Source: Entomortierella parvispora E1425 (lineage: Eukaryota; Fungi; Mortierellomycota). From it: a stretch of 64,000 nt of DNA. Under the pieces are notes generated by a model. The model was given only the letters and a program-made list of their open reading frames with translations, made no database searches and had not been told where the DNA came from. The translations under genes and the position numbers were made by a program. How positions within the stretch are numbered: position 1 is the first letter of the stretch; the number at the start of each line of letters is the position of its first letter. Below, one piece after another: positions 13,383-24,142 of the stretch. Location of the stretch: contig BQFW01000004.1 in assembly GCA_020891255.1 (NCBI GenBank), positions 682,001 through 746,000 of the forward strand. Direction: 5' to 3'.

Positions 13383-13745
13383 ATCATCCATGTACTGGTT
13401 CTGTGGATGTATTAATTGTTCTTGTGGTTGAAAACTGTGAATCTGATACTGTTGCTGCTGCTGTGAGTGAAATGGATCCTGGCCTTGAATGTACGACTGG
13501 AAAAGCTGCTGCTGAGCCTCGTAGTGCAGCTGTTGCTGCTGCTGCTGTTGTTGCAGTAACAGTTGTTGTTGGTACTGTTCAGAGTAGTAAAGCGACGGCA
13601 TTGGGGGTGGTGTCCTTGGCGCGAGATAAGAGGATTTACGTCTGGTGGACGATTCTGGAGCTGATGTTGAAGCAAAAGAGGCAAAGTGGAAAGAAGACGG
13701 TCGAGGATTGGGTTCGAACCGTTGGTGCTGGTACTCAAAATCCAT
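6216..13745 (-). CDS. DYRK-family (class II, Pom1/DYRK2-like) dual-specificity kinase with a very long Q/S-rich N-terminus, about 1,840 aa
   Basis: DH box [35 protein letters not shown] and the [13 protein letters not shown] activation loop lie in 8300-7320. Exons 13745-12692, 11510-11072, 10686-9297, 9213-8044, 7950-7723, 7641-7329, 7242-6969 and about 6859-6216 join in frame. The kinase core is certain; the two 5' exons are inferred from splice phase. Confidence 0.85.
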
Positions 13746-15351
13746 GTTGGTCCAAAGAAAGTAGGGGGTACCGAGAGGGGAGAAGTCTGTCAAAAAAAAA
13801 AATAAAAAAAATAAAAAAAAAGGGAAGCAGAAAGCAAGACGCGGTAATGCGGACAATGGAGGGAAAAAGCGGCAATGAGACGTGTCAATGGCGGGTAGAG
13901 GTCGGGGGTGAGGTTAGAAAGGAGGAATGGCGGGAACGGTTTGTGTGCAGCCGGTAATGAAAGGAAGTGGGTTTGAATGCAGCGTCGTGGAGGAAAAGAA
14001 ACAGGGCTGACAACGGACCAAGTAGGAAGAAGAGGAGAATAGGAGACGAAGTGTCAGGTAGACTCTTAGTCATGGTAAATGGGCCATGCTGGGATGGAGC
14101 GATGCGAGGTCATGATGGCATTGACAGTCGGATTGGGACCATGGCCCGCAGGGAGTGGAAATACGCGAGCACGGAACTTAACCCCTGTCCAAAGAGGAAT
14201 TCATTCTTCTCTTTGTTTGGTGAAATGAAAATAAAACAGACGGCAGAATGCCTTGGGTTGTGAGCTCTTGGGCACTGGACAGAGCACATGCAGCAAACAG
14301 ATACCGGCGGGAAGCGCAGGGAAGAAGGTCGTTGCCTGTTTATCGAGCGGAAATGAAATGCAGCGCGGCAAAAAAAAACGAACAAGGGAACCGGATGTTC
14401 TTAGTTTCCACCATTCCCAAGGTTTTGGACGGTGCATGTTGTTTCCATCTGTCCGTCCCTTTTACTCTGTCTTCGACACGGCAAGATGGGGCGAAGGCAG
14501 ACAATGCCACTGGGTCCCAATGTACCGCGCACCCCGCTCCAGAAAGGAGCCGACGGGAGAAGGAAGGGAGGAGCTCTTGTTTTGCAGATAATTCAGACAG
14601 GGCCAGATGCAACCTGAGCAGCAGGTCTGAGCTAGGAAGCTGTCAACAGGGAGAGCAGCTAGTTGTTGGCGGAGACAATTGTCCGGCCAAGAGCGAACCA
14701 AGACCCAAGGCGAGCCAAGAGCGCGAAGAGATATTATTATCGTAGCGTGCTGCACGTTGAGCCTTTGGAGCAGGCAGGCATGGAACAGGGTTAGGGGGGG
14801 AAGATGAGAAGACGAACAGAGATAGGAGCAAGCAATTGAGAGTGATAGGCGCTGCAGGAGATCCTCGTTGATGCATGGTTGCTTGCCGATGGATGGTCAG
14901 ATGGCAGACAGACGCGTCGTTTGACAACTTCGCCCACGGAATATAATATTCGTCGCATCCAGGCACAGGCAGACAGAGAGTCCAGATGAACGAAAAAAAA
15001 ATTGGTGGCGAGTTGTGACCGCATTTCAACTGTGGGAAACTTGCCGATGACCTCCTGAGGACTCCGGTTGATCAGCTCGCATTGCATCGCAGACCTCCTT
15101 CCGTCCCATCCGATCGTGTCATTCCCGCACTATTATCATTCACGTCAACCCCTTTCTCTCTGCCTCTGCCATTGCGTACTGTATCCGTAAACCATCGCTT
15201 GTGTTTAAAAGAACCTGTCTTTTTCCTCCGTCTACCTTGTCTCCACTTCTCCACCTTGAAACCTCTCTTCCTCTCCACAACCCTGCCACACTTCCTCCAT
15301 ACCGCCCTATCCACATTCCCGTTTCAACACTCCAGCTCTCTACTGCCAAAC

Positions 15352-16204
15352 ATGCCTCAGCCAGCCATGTTCGATCGCTGTCCAAGTCCCCCTATCGTCA
15401 AGGTCCCTGGCCACTATGGTGACATCATGTCCAAGAGGTATAGTCCTTGATCTTCCAATCCACCCGGCCCTTCGCTACTGATATTATGATTGCTGGGAAA
15501 TCATGGTGTTTTTTTTTTTTTTTTTTTCTAAACACAACGATTTCTTTATCTCTTTTATTGTATTTCTTGGGGGTGGTGGTGGTGGTGAACCATTGGGTAC
15601 AAATCATTCTTGCTGCACACCACGCCATGTCCCTTGAACAAATTACTCCCACAGGGATACAACTTTGTCTTTACCAGATGGTTTCACTGGCTTTGAGCGC
15701 ATGCTTCTCACTGCCAACGGTAACCTGCAGCGGTTGATCAGCGCTTACTTCAACAAGACCGTGACCGTCATGATCCTGGAGAACGAGCACGTTGCCCTGA
15801 CTGAAGACGACAAGGCCTTTTCGGTTTTAGCCCGATTCCAACGCGAGGTCAACCTTTTGTGTAACGAAAAGGTCTTTTGCAATGCCAAATCCCAGGTGTT
15901 GGTCAAGGACCCAAAGGTTTATGATCTAATTGTCAACAAGGGTGTGGGCATCGGTCAAATCTTTCGCTACCTGGACAAGTTGCCTTCGTTCGAGCTCCAT
16001 GGTCTGGGGAGAACTGCCAACACTTTCTGGCGAGAGTATTCGTTGAGGATCCCAGGTGTGGACTGCCGATTGCTTGAAGTCTTCCCTTCCTCGCTCTCAG
16101 CCGATAACTGGCTGGAGATGCCTGTCGAGGATATCTCTTGGGATATCGAGATGAGCAAGGATGACGAACTGACTTGGATCAACCCCAATCCCGAGGACAA
16201 GTAG
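15352..16204 (+). CDS. Chorismate pyruvate-lyase-like protein (Rv2949c/DUF98-type)
   Basis: Exon 15352-15436, intron 15437-15654, exon 15655-16204. Motifs RMLLTANGNLQRLI, FQREVNL, FCNAKSQV, GIGQIF, WREYSL and LEVF occur in the order expected for the family. Confidence 0.7.
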
Positions 16205-16655
16205 AGCGCTCGTATGCTTTGTAAGCTCATGCTTTTGTACATAGTATCTTTTTTTTTTCTCGTAATCTTCGTCATTCCTCACGTCGCAACTCGAGACTCC
16301 AGAATAAAAGATGGATATCGTTGAATTCCTTTATTCGACCTAACACCCACGTTCATTCGTCTTTGTCAAGAGAGAAAGATATAGAGCAGCATAAAAGTAT
16401 CGTTGTAAGTCATCCCAATCCGATGTCGTTGGTGTATAGATCTCATCGTATCTTGTCCGTAAGGTGATCATCCTGGAACGCATCCAATCCTGATCATGAA
16501 TAGAAGGGCATCACTTGGCAATTTCAACAATGGGGCTTTGCTTTCGATTCTGAAGCCGGCTCCAAAGATCCGAAGGTCTAGACGAAGGGACTTTATTCGC
16601 TATTATTTTCATATTGTCCTCATAACCACGTTCCTTCTCACTATTTACTATCTCC

Positions 16656-17887
16656 TTAGAGGCTTGCCTGCGTCGTAGAGACGGTCCAGAGCGCGTCCGA
16701 GATTTCTTCAGCAGGGTCACGGTGGACCTTGCCATCTTTTTCCAGTTTTTTGAGATGAAGTAAAACTTGATGTTCAGCGGCTGCATGCAAGCTCACAGGG
16801 TAGGCCTCATAAATCACCGCAACAATCTCCATGGCCGTTTTTGGTCCAGCAGTCAAAACTGCAGTAGGCGCTGTTGAGGGCAATGAAGAAAGGGGAGGCG
16901 AGCCACCATTGCTACCAGTACTTTGAAGGACTTGCAAAATCTGCTTCTCGCGATCGAGACGATGCTTGATGTAATCTCGGATCTTGGCTGGTCCATCCTG
17001 GATCACGGGACCGTGGCCTGGATAGATCTTGTACGAAGGTGAGGATCCTCCCACAGTCAATTGTCGCTCCAAGGACTTGATATAGGCGCTCAAGTCTTCA
17101 AAAACGGCTGTTCCTTGGCCTAGCACACAGTCAGCCGTGAACAACGTGTTCTCTTCCTTGAGGTAAAAGCTGCAGTGATCCGATGTATGTCCGGGCGTGT
17201 GCAGTGTCACCAATGTAGTCTGGTCGTCGACTTTGATCTCGTCCAGATCCTGAATAGCCTGGAACCGCGTTTCCGGGTCATCATGTTCAGGATTCAGAAA
17301 TTTGAAGATGCCAGGCGCCGATTGCACATGACGGGTATCAACATCGACCAAATCGACGGTCGATGTCACTGGGGCCGAGGAGGATGCTGCATCCGAGGCT
17401 GTAGTAGGTGGGTCATGAAGTTGGATGTTTCTTGCGGCAAGGAAGGACATAACATCCTGTATGCCTCCAACGTGATCATGATGCCAGTGACTGCAGATGA
17501 CCTTTGAGATCGTGGCACCTTGAAGTTCCTTGTCAAGGGCCGATTGGAGCAGAGGGATGTACTCGGGGATTCCTTCGCCAGTGTCCAGCAAGACCTTTCG
17601 AGATCCCTTACCGATCAGATATGTGTTGGTGCCTACATTTCGTCAAAATCACGTAATTGGAGCTTTAGCCGAGCATTTTGCTATAGTGAAGTGACAATAC
17701 GGACCACTTTCTCGCTTGCTGCGCCGATGATATTCTAGCTGGTGTCACATGAGGGTTGCGATTCAATGCAAGGTGGATGTAATGTGGACGTACCTTGCAA
17801 TGTGAACCTGCTGGGATTGAGACCCAGCACGCGTACAACCCTCTCAGAGAGTCGGACAATGTTGGGCAGTCTTTCAAGTGATTCCAT
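16656..17887 (-). CDS. LACTB2: Metallo-beta-lactamase-fold protein LACTB2-like with C-terminal winged helix
   Basis: RVVRVLGLNPSRFTLQGT, SHWHHDHVGG (HxHxDH), TPGHTSDH, LFTADCVLG, YPGHGP, AAEHQVLLHLKKL. Confidence 0.9.
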
Positions 17888-18736
17888 CTTGCTGAAATGA
17901 AGAGAGAGGTGGGGATTAATGAGAAGAAGAAGAAGGTGTCGGAATGGATGAGCGGAAAGAATGATGAAGAAAAAAAGAAGATAAATTACTCTCGGTAAGT
18001 AGAATGAGGAAGAATCAACAACCTTGAACTCTTCGCTTCGGCTTCTTTTGTCTTTTTTTTTTTTTTTTTTTTTTTGTCTCTCTCTCGGCCTCATCCACGA
18101 TCGTGCTGACGAAGCAACGATCGTGGCAAGACCCTGGATGGTTCTGATCTATCTTCCTTTCTCTCCTTCGCACCTCGTCTCTATTCTTTGCTCACTCCTA
18201 GTCCTCTTGGATCGTGGGAAGCAGCATTGAGAGTGTAAGTGACCCGGAGCGGTGTGAAAGCGCCACCAAGGTCAAGCTCGAAGCTCTGAAGCCTTCGTGC
18301 TCAAATGTGCAGCCTCAAGCTTGTGGCCTCAGTGAAAAGCCCTGGCCTATACCCTTAAACTTAAAGCTGATGCCCTTGCCCTCCATCGAAACGCGTCTGA
18401 CTGTTGGTTGGGAAACCCCTGACTGTGCCGTACCGACAAGCTTGAACCACGATTTGATAAGGCATGACACCACATTACATATTATTGTATACCTGTGATG
18501 TACTACTTCAGGTTGCGCACCGCGGTAGATACCGCCGTGTCGCCGTGTCGGGAAGATATTCAAAATAACTCTCCCGGTAAGCATGCGCCCCACCACGGGT
18601 TTAAAGAGTTCGTGAGACTGGTGGAAAGGGGGTAAAAGATGATTTAGTGTATCTACAAGTTGAGAAATATGTACAAGTGGTCTTGATGCATGCAGAGAGA
18701 GGGGAGGAGGGGAGGAGGGGAGGAGGGGGGAGGAGA

Positions 18737-19498
18737 CTATCGACGGCGGTATCGACGTTCGACTGAAGCTGCGGTGACTTGAAGGGGCACTTTGACGCCT
18801 TTCCACAGCCTTGCCTCAGCCTCGTCCTCAGCGACAAAGCCATAAGTCCGGGAGTGATATCGACGATTGCTTGCGACGACTGTCGCCGGCTTTATGGACT
18901 CTGGCTCCAGCGCAAAAGGGTCATCTTCCTCAAAGAACACATCCTCCTCTCCTTCTTCCACCTCCAAGATTTGGCCTTCGATCGTCCCCTCCAGCTCATC
19001 GTCTGCATCTGGCCGAAGGAGTCCGTCTGCCTCCGTGTCCATCAATTCGTTGCCTGCATCCTCATCGTCATCGTCGACCACAGCATGGCCCTCCAAGGTA
19101 CGATCCGACCAAGCTATTTGCTGAGAGTCTTGCTGGGAAACAACGATCGGTTGAATGTGCACAGACTGTTTTTGTTGTTTCTGCCTGCGAAGGTTTAGTT
19201 GATGTTGATGAAGAAGCGACCAAGCATGAGCTCTTGCGCTTTCTTCGGACTCTGAAGATGAAGAGGATCTCGAGCCATATGGCTGAGAGGATCGTTCATC
19301 CTGAGGCGAGGACGGTGAGGGTTCAGAATGCTGTGCTCCAATGTGTTGGTCGGGTTCCTGCAACTGTTGTTGCTGGTGTGAGGAAACATGGATAGAAGGG
19401 TAATGGGCCAAGATGTGATCGATGGGGGCGGCTTGGCAGGCCAAGACGAAGGCAAGAACTGCGAACACGAACACAAGGATCGAATTCTTTGCAGACAT
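18737..19498 (-). CDS. Secreted acidic/Gln-rich hypothetical protein, 253 aa
   Basis: Single ATG-started ORF with a signal peptide (MSAKNSILVFVFAVLAFVLACQA/AP). TATAAA on the minus strand at 19750-19755. Confidence 0.8.
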   Translation of the reverse strand: MSAKNSILVFVFAVLAFVLACQAAPIDHILAHYPSIHVSSHQQQQLQEPDQHIGAQHSEPSPSSPQDERSSQPYGSRSSSSSESEESARAHAWSLLHQHQLNLRRQKQQKQSVHIQPIVVSQQDSQQIAWSDRTLEGHAVVDDDDEDAGNELMDTEADGLLRPDADDELEGTIEGQILEVEEGEEDVFFEEDDPFALEPESIKPATVVASNRRYHSRTYGFVAEDEAEARLWKGVKVPLQVTAASVERRYRRR

Positions 19499-20203
19499 GA
19501 TGAGCTCTGTTCAAGCAACGGATTTGAGCGTGTGAAATGGTTTTGGAAAAAAAAAAGAGAATAACAAAGTCCGGCGGGATTGTTGGATGGTTGGAACAGA
19601 GTGGAGAGTGGTGGAAGGAAAGAAATACACCACAGCCTGTCGCAGCAGGATGGTAAAAATACTTCACGAGACGAAGAGGCGGGGTTGTGGCTCTAGGGGG
19701 GAAAAGAAAGATGACAAAAGTGAGAGGGGATAGTGTAGAGGATCAAATATTTATAGGGTGTCTTTTGCTGGGTAAAGAGAAGGCGCAGGATCTGGATTTG
19801 AAGTAAAACGGGCAGCACAAAATTGCATGTACCGTTGGGAGGTAGAGTGAAGAGAAGAAAAGTTTGGTAACTTGTCGAACAACTTTTGCCCCTCACTTCA
19901 TATATGTTGTTGATGGTACGACAATGATGGTAATGGTGGCGAAGAATGATGTTGACAGACCACTCACCGTTCCACTCCTTCCCAAGTGCCATGCTGACCC
20001 CCGAGATCCAAGGAAGGAAATCGAGGAGAGGGAAAAGGGCAGCTAACAATTTTTCAAGGGACCTCAGCCAAGAATGAACCGACAATTAGACAAGCGTGCG
20101 TTGTGCGTCGTGTGCGAGTCTGACCTTCAACAACTTCATACGGCACCTTTCAAGGGGACTTTGGGAGAAAGAATGAATCGACCAGTTTGACCTTAAAGAC
20201 TTC

Positions 20204-20314
20204 TGCAATAGGAGTATCGAGGGTGGAGTGGAGACAAGAAGTGAGTTTTATTATATTGCAAGTTTCTAGCTTTTGTAGGTACACATCGCGTGATGTCACC
20301 GTATTCCTGTTACA
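20204..20314 (-). repeat. 3' LTR (111 bp)
   Basis: Base-for-base identical to 25160-25270. Imperfect terminal inverted repeats TGTAACAGGA / TCCTATTGCA. Contains AATAAA. Confidence 0.97.
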
Positions 20315-20326
20315 CCTTCCCCTTTT
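20315..20326 (-). other. Polypurine tract
   Basis: AAAAGGGGAAGG immediately 5' of the 3' LTR on the element strand. Confidence 0.9.
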
Positions 20327-23300
20327 AAAAAATGATACCGTGCTGCTCTTTGAAGGTTGTGACCAAGTCCATGCAGTTGTCCAAGTTGCTTACTGGGAGC
20401 CATTCGTCAGCTTCTCTGCCGTAGCCTTTGAATGACACTAGGAACTGGTGTTGTCTGCGGTAGAAGCGGTACTTTAAAATTTCGTCCACTTCATACTCCT
20501 CTTCGCCGTCAATTACAGTGGGATCCACGGGGGCAGGAGCTCGAATGCCGAGTGACTCCGGGGACGGCAAATAGGGTCGAAAGGTATCAACGTGGAAGAC
20601 GTCATGGATTTTGTAGAATGGTGGCAGCTCGACGCGGAAGGTGACAGGTGAGTGTTGCTCCAAAAGTGTGAACGGGCCAAGGAATTGAGGTCGAAGTTTA
20701 TCGGCTGGTCTGATACTGTCGGCAGGGATGGTGATATTGGTGGCACGCAGCAGGACCTTATCGCCAACCTTGTACTTGTGATCCCGTCGTCGCTTGTTTG
20801 CCTGTTGCTCCTGATGATCCTGAGCACGCTGCAGAGCATCCTGGGCCAGGGCAAGGGTGGTCGCCTGCTCAGTCAGGAAGGTATCGACAGTGGGGACTGA
20901 GCTGCTGGGTTTACCGAGGAGAGCGGTGGGGAGACGAGGGTGCTGGCCAGAGTTGAGGAAGAACGGCGAGTATCCCGTGGATGCATTGACAGCGTTGTTA
21001 TAGGCGAATTCCAGTGACGGAAGGAGCTGGTCCCAGTTAGACTGCTTGTTGTCAATAAACGCTCTCAACATAGTCTTCAGCGTCTTGTTCATAACCTCTG
21101 TCTGCCCATCCGTCTGTGGGTGGTAGGCGGTTGACAGTGCAAGTTTGACATCCATTAGCCTGTGCAACTCTTGCCAGAATCTACTAGTGAATCGAGTGTC
21201 GCGGTCCGAGATGATGGATGTTGGTGTGCCATGCAGCTTAAAGATGTTGTCAAAAAACTGGTGGGCGACGTCGACGGCTGTGGCAGAGGTAGTACTGGGG
21301 ACGAAGTGAGCTTGCTTGGTCAGCTTGTCGACAAACACTGTGATGGCGTCAAAATTTCTAGCTGTGGGCGGAAGAGGGCCGATGAAGTCCATGGTGACTA
21401 CCTCCCAACGTTGCGAAGGAATGGGTAGCGGTTGCAAGAGTCCAGCTGGTCGATCCTGTGAGTCCTTGTTCCTTTGACACTTCTCGCAGGTTGCTACATA
21501 CTGCTGGGTATCCTTGGCGATGTGGGGCCAATATACGAAACGGCGCAGGTTGTCGTAAGTCTTTTGAAAACCAAAGTGTCCAGCAGTGGCAGAGTCGTGA
21601 GCGTCGTGCAAGAGAGTGAGGCGGATCGGGGAGTGCCGAGGGATGGCCAGGGTGGTTGCTCCACGTCGGGTAAAGTAGAGGAGGTTGTTCTGGAATGAAT
21701 ATCCATTGGCAACCTTCCCATCCAGGCAATCCTTGTAGATGGGTCCAAGTCGAGGATCGTCGTTGTAGTCCTGGACAAGCTGGTCACGGACGTCCGGGGA
21801 CAGGGAGACGCTGAGGTTGTATAGCTCAACAGGGTCAGGCTCGCGGTAGTCCGGTCGTCGGGAGAGAGCGTCTGGGACGATGTTGTCAACTCCTCGCTTG
21901 TACTTGAAGTCAAAGTCGTATTCCTGAAGCAACTCCATCCAGCGAGCCTGTCGACGAGTGAGTTTGGGCTGTGTGGGGGAAGTGGCGGAGGGTGGCGTGG
22001 TCGGTGTGGACGCTGAACTTGGTTCCATCGAGGTAGTAGCGCCAAGTGCGGAGCGCATGGATGACAGCCAACAGCTCCTGCTCATGGACAGGGTAGTTCC
22101 GCTCAGCTGACTGCATTTTTCCTGGAAGTGAATGCGATGGGATGGGTATTCCCTTCCCGGTCAGTCTGCAGCAGCACTGCACCGATGGCGAAACCGGATG
22201 CATCTGTTTCGACAAAGGTGAGAGATCAGGGTCGAAGATGCGGAGGACGGGGGCGGAGCAGATGGCGCGTTTGAGCTGAAGGAATGCAGATTGTTGTTCG
22301 TCGGTCCATTTGAAGGGAGTGTTGTTGGCGAGGAGGGAAGAGAGAGGGAGGGCAATCCCTGCAAAGCCCGATACGTACTGTTGATAAAATTGCGCAAGCC
22401 CCAAAAATTGCTGGACGTCCTTTGTGCTCTTGGGGGTGGGCCAGTCACTGATGGCTTTGCTGAGCCCGGCCGATGTTTTGATCCCGTCCTTCGTGATGGT
22501 GTGGCCCAAAAATTCAGTTTCGTCTTGCATGAAGGAGCACTTGCTCAATTTCGCGTACAGACCGTTCTTGCGGAGGAGAGCCAGGACGCTTCGGAGATGC
22601 TGCAGGTGTTCTTTCTTTGTCTTGGAGTAGATCAACAGATCGTCGAGATACACGACAACCCATTTGTCCAAGACTGGATCGAGCACTCGCAACATCATAT
22701 TGGAGAACGAAGCAGGAGCGTTAGTAAGGCCAAAGGGAACAACATTGAACTCAAAGTGACCATAGCGACAACGGAAGGCAGTCTTGTGTGTGTGTGGTTC
22801 AAAGATACGCTGCTGATGATAACCGGATAACAAGTCCAACTTGGAGTAATAGCGTGCTCCACGGAAGCGGTCAAGAAGCTCGTCGATACGGGGCAACGGG
22901 TGTCTGTTCTTCCTGGTGATCTTGTTGAGGCCACGGTAGTCGACGCACATTCGGAGTGTGCCGTCCTTCTTCCGCACAAAGAGCACGGGGGCGCCATAGG
23001 GAGAGGTACTGGGTTTGATAAAACCTGCTGCTAGCAATTGGTCCAGTTGTTTGCGAAGTTCGTCAAGCTCGGCGATTGAAAGTCTAATGACAGGGCGGAA
23101 GGGTGGGTCGGCTGTCGGGTCGGTCTCGATCTTCATAGCATCACCACGGTCTGGGGGCAGGCCGTCCGGGAGTTTCTCCGGAAAGACATCAGCGAACTCT
23201 TCCATGACAATGGACCGCACCTCTGGGGGTCATATCGGGAATTGTACGCGGTTGGTCAGTTTCTTCAGAGGGCTCTGGGGTGTTGCGAATAAGGGCCAGG

Positions 23301-24142
23301 AACACCTCCGAGCCGGGCAGGGTTGCCATGGAATGAAAGTGCATGTGTGTGAGGAGGAGTCCTTTGGTGCGGCTTTGGATGTGATCGGCCTTGAAGCCGC
23401 GGCAGCTCCATTTGACATCGATTCCATTGTGAGTGAAATGAAGATCGTTGGTGCGCCAATTGATGCAAGGGTTAACTTTGGTGAGCCAGGGTTTGCCAAG
23501 GATGAGGTCGTATTTGTTGAGAGGATAGAGAATAGGGTTGAGCGAATCGGAGTAGTCGCTGCGGTTGAGGGTGATGGGGACGGTGTGTGATGTGAGGGAG
23601 GAAGAGCCATTGGGGAGGAGGATGGGGATGGGCAAGCATTCAGTGCGGAGGAGCTGGTGTCGCTTTTGAAAAGACGAACTGATAATATTACCTTCTGCAC
23701 CACCATCAATCAGGATTCTGGCAGCGTGGCCATTGACAGAACCGATGAAAGTGAGCAGTTGGCTCTCTGCCTTTTGGACAGTGAATTCGTGTAGGCGAAT
23801 CGCACGACGCTTCAACTTCTTCAACTGACTTTTGGACAGAGGTACACTAGGTGCCGGCGGTACAGCGAGAGGGTCCGGTTCATCTGTATCGGAGGATCTA
23901 GGTAGAGGAGCGGACAGGGCAACTGGAGCGGGCGAGGCAACAGGTTTTTTGGTTTGGTTTTGGTTTCGGTCCGATAGAACAACCAGAGCATCGTGGATGT
24001 GAGTTCGCTTGTCATGATTGGAGTCATGTTTCTGAGGTGTAGAATCAAGTGAAGTTTTATTTGAGGTACTTAGCTCAGGGTTGTTGGCTACAGTTTCGAC
24101 AACTGGGGTCCGGACCGACCCTAGTTGCCGGAGGCTTTTCCC
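20325..24142 (-). CDS. pol: Pol polyprotein (protease, RT, RNase H, integrase, chromodomain), interrupted by four single-base indels as assembled
   Basis: LIDGGA (protease), YLDDLL (RT), ETDAS/ELLA (RNase H), HDAHDS...GH...CEKC zinc finger, VTMDFIG/SDRD/GQTE (integrase), EEEYEVDEILKYR...EWLP (chromodomain). Confidence 0.93.

Noticed and set aside
16496-16678. 60-aa ORF with basic patch and hydrophobic stretch
   Set aside because: It is antisense to the LACTB2 3'UTR and stop. The hydrophobicity is explained by T-rich UTR composition, and there is no promoter signature.
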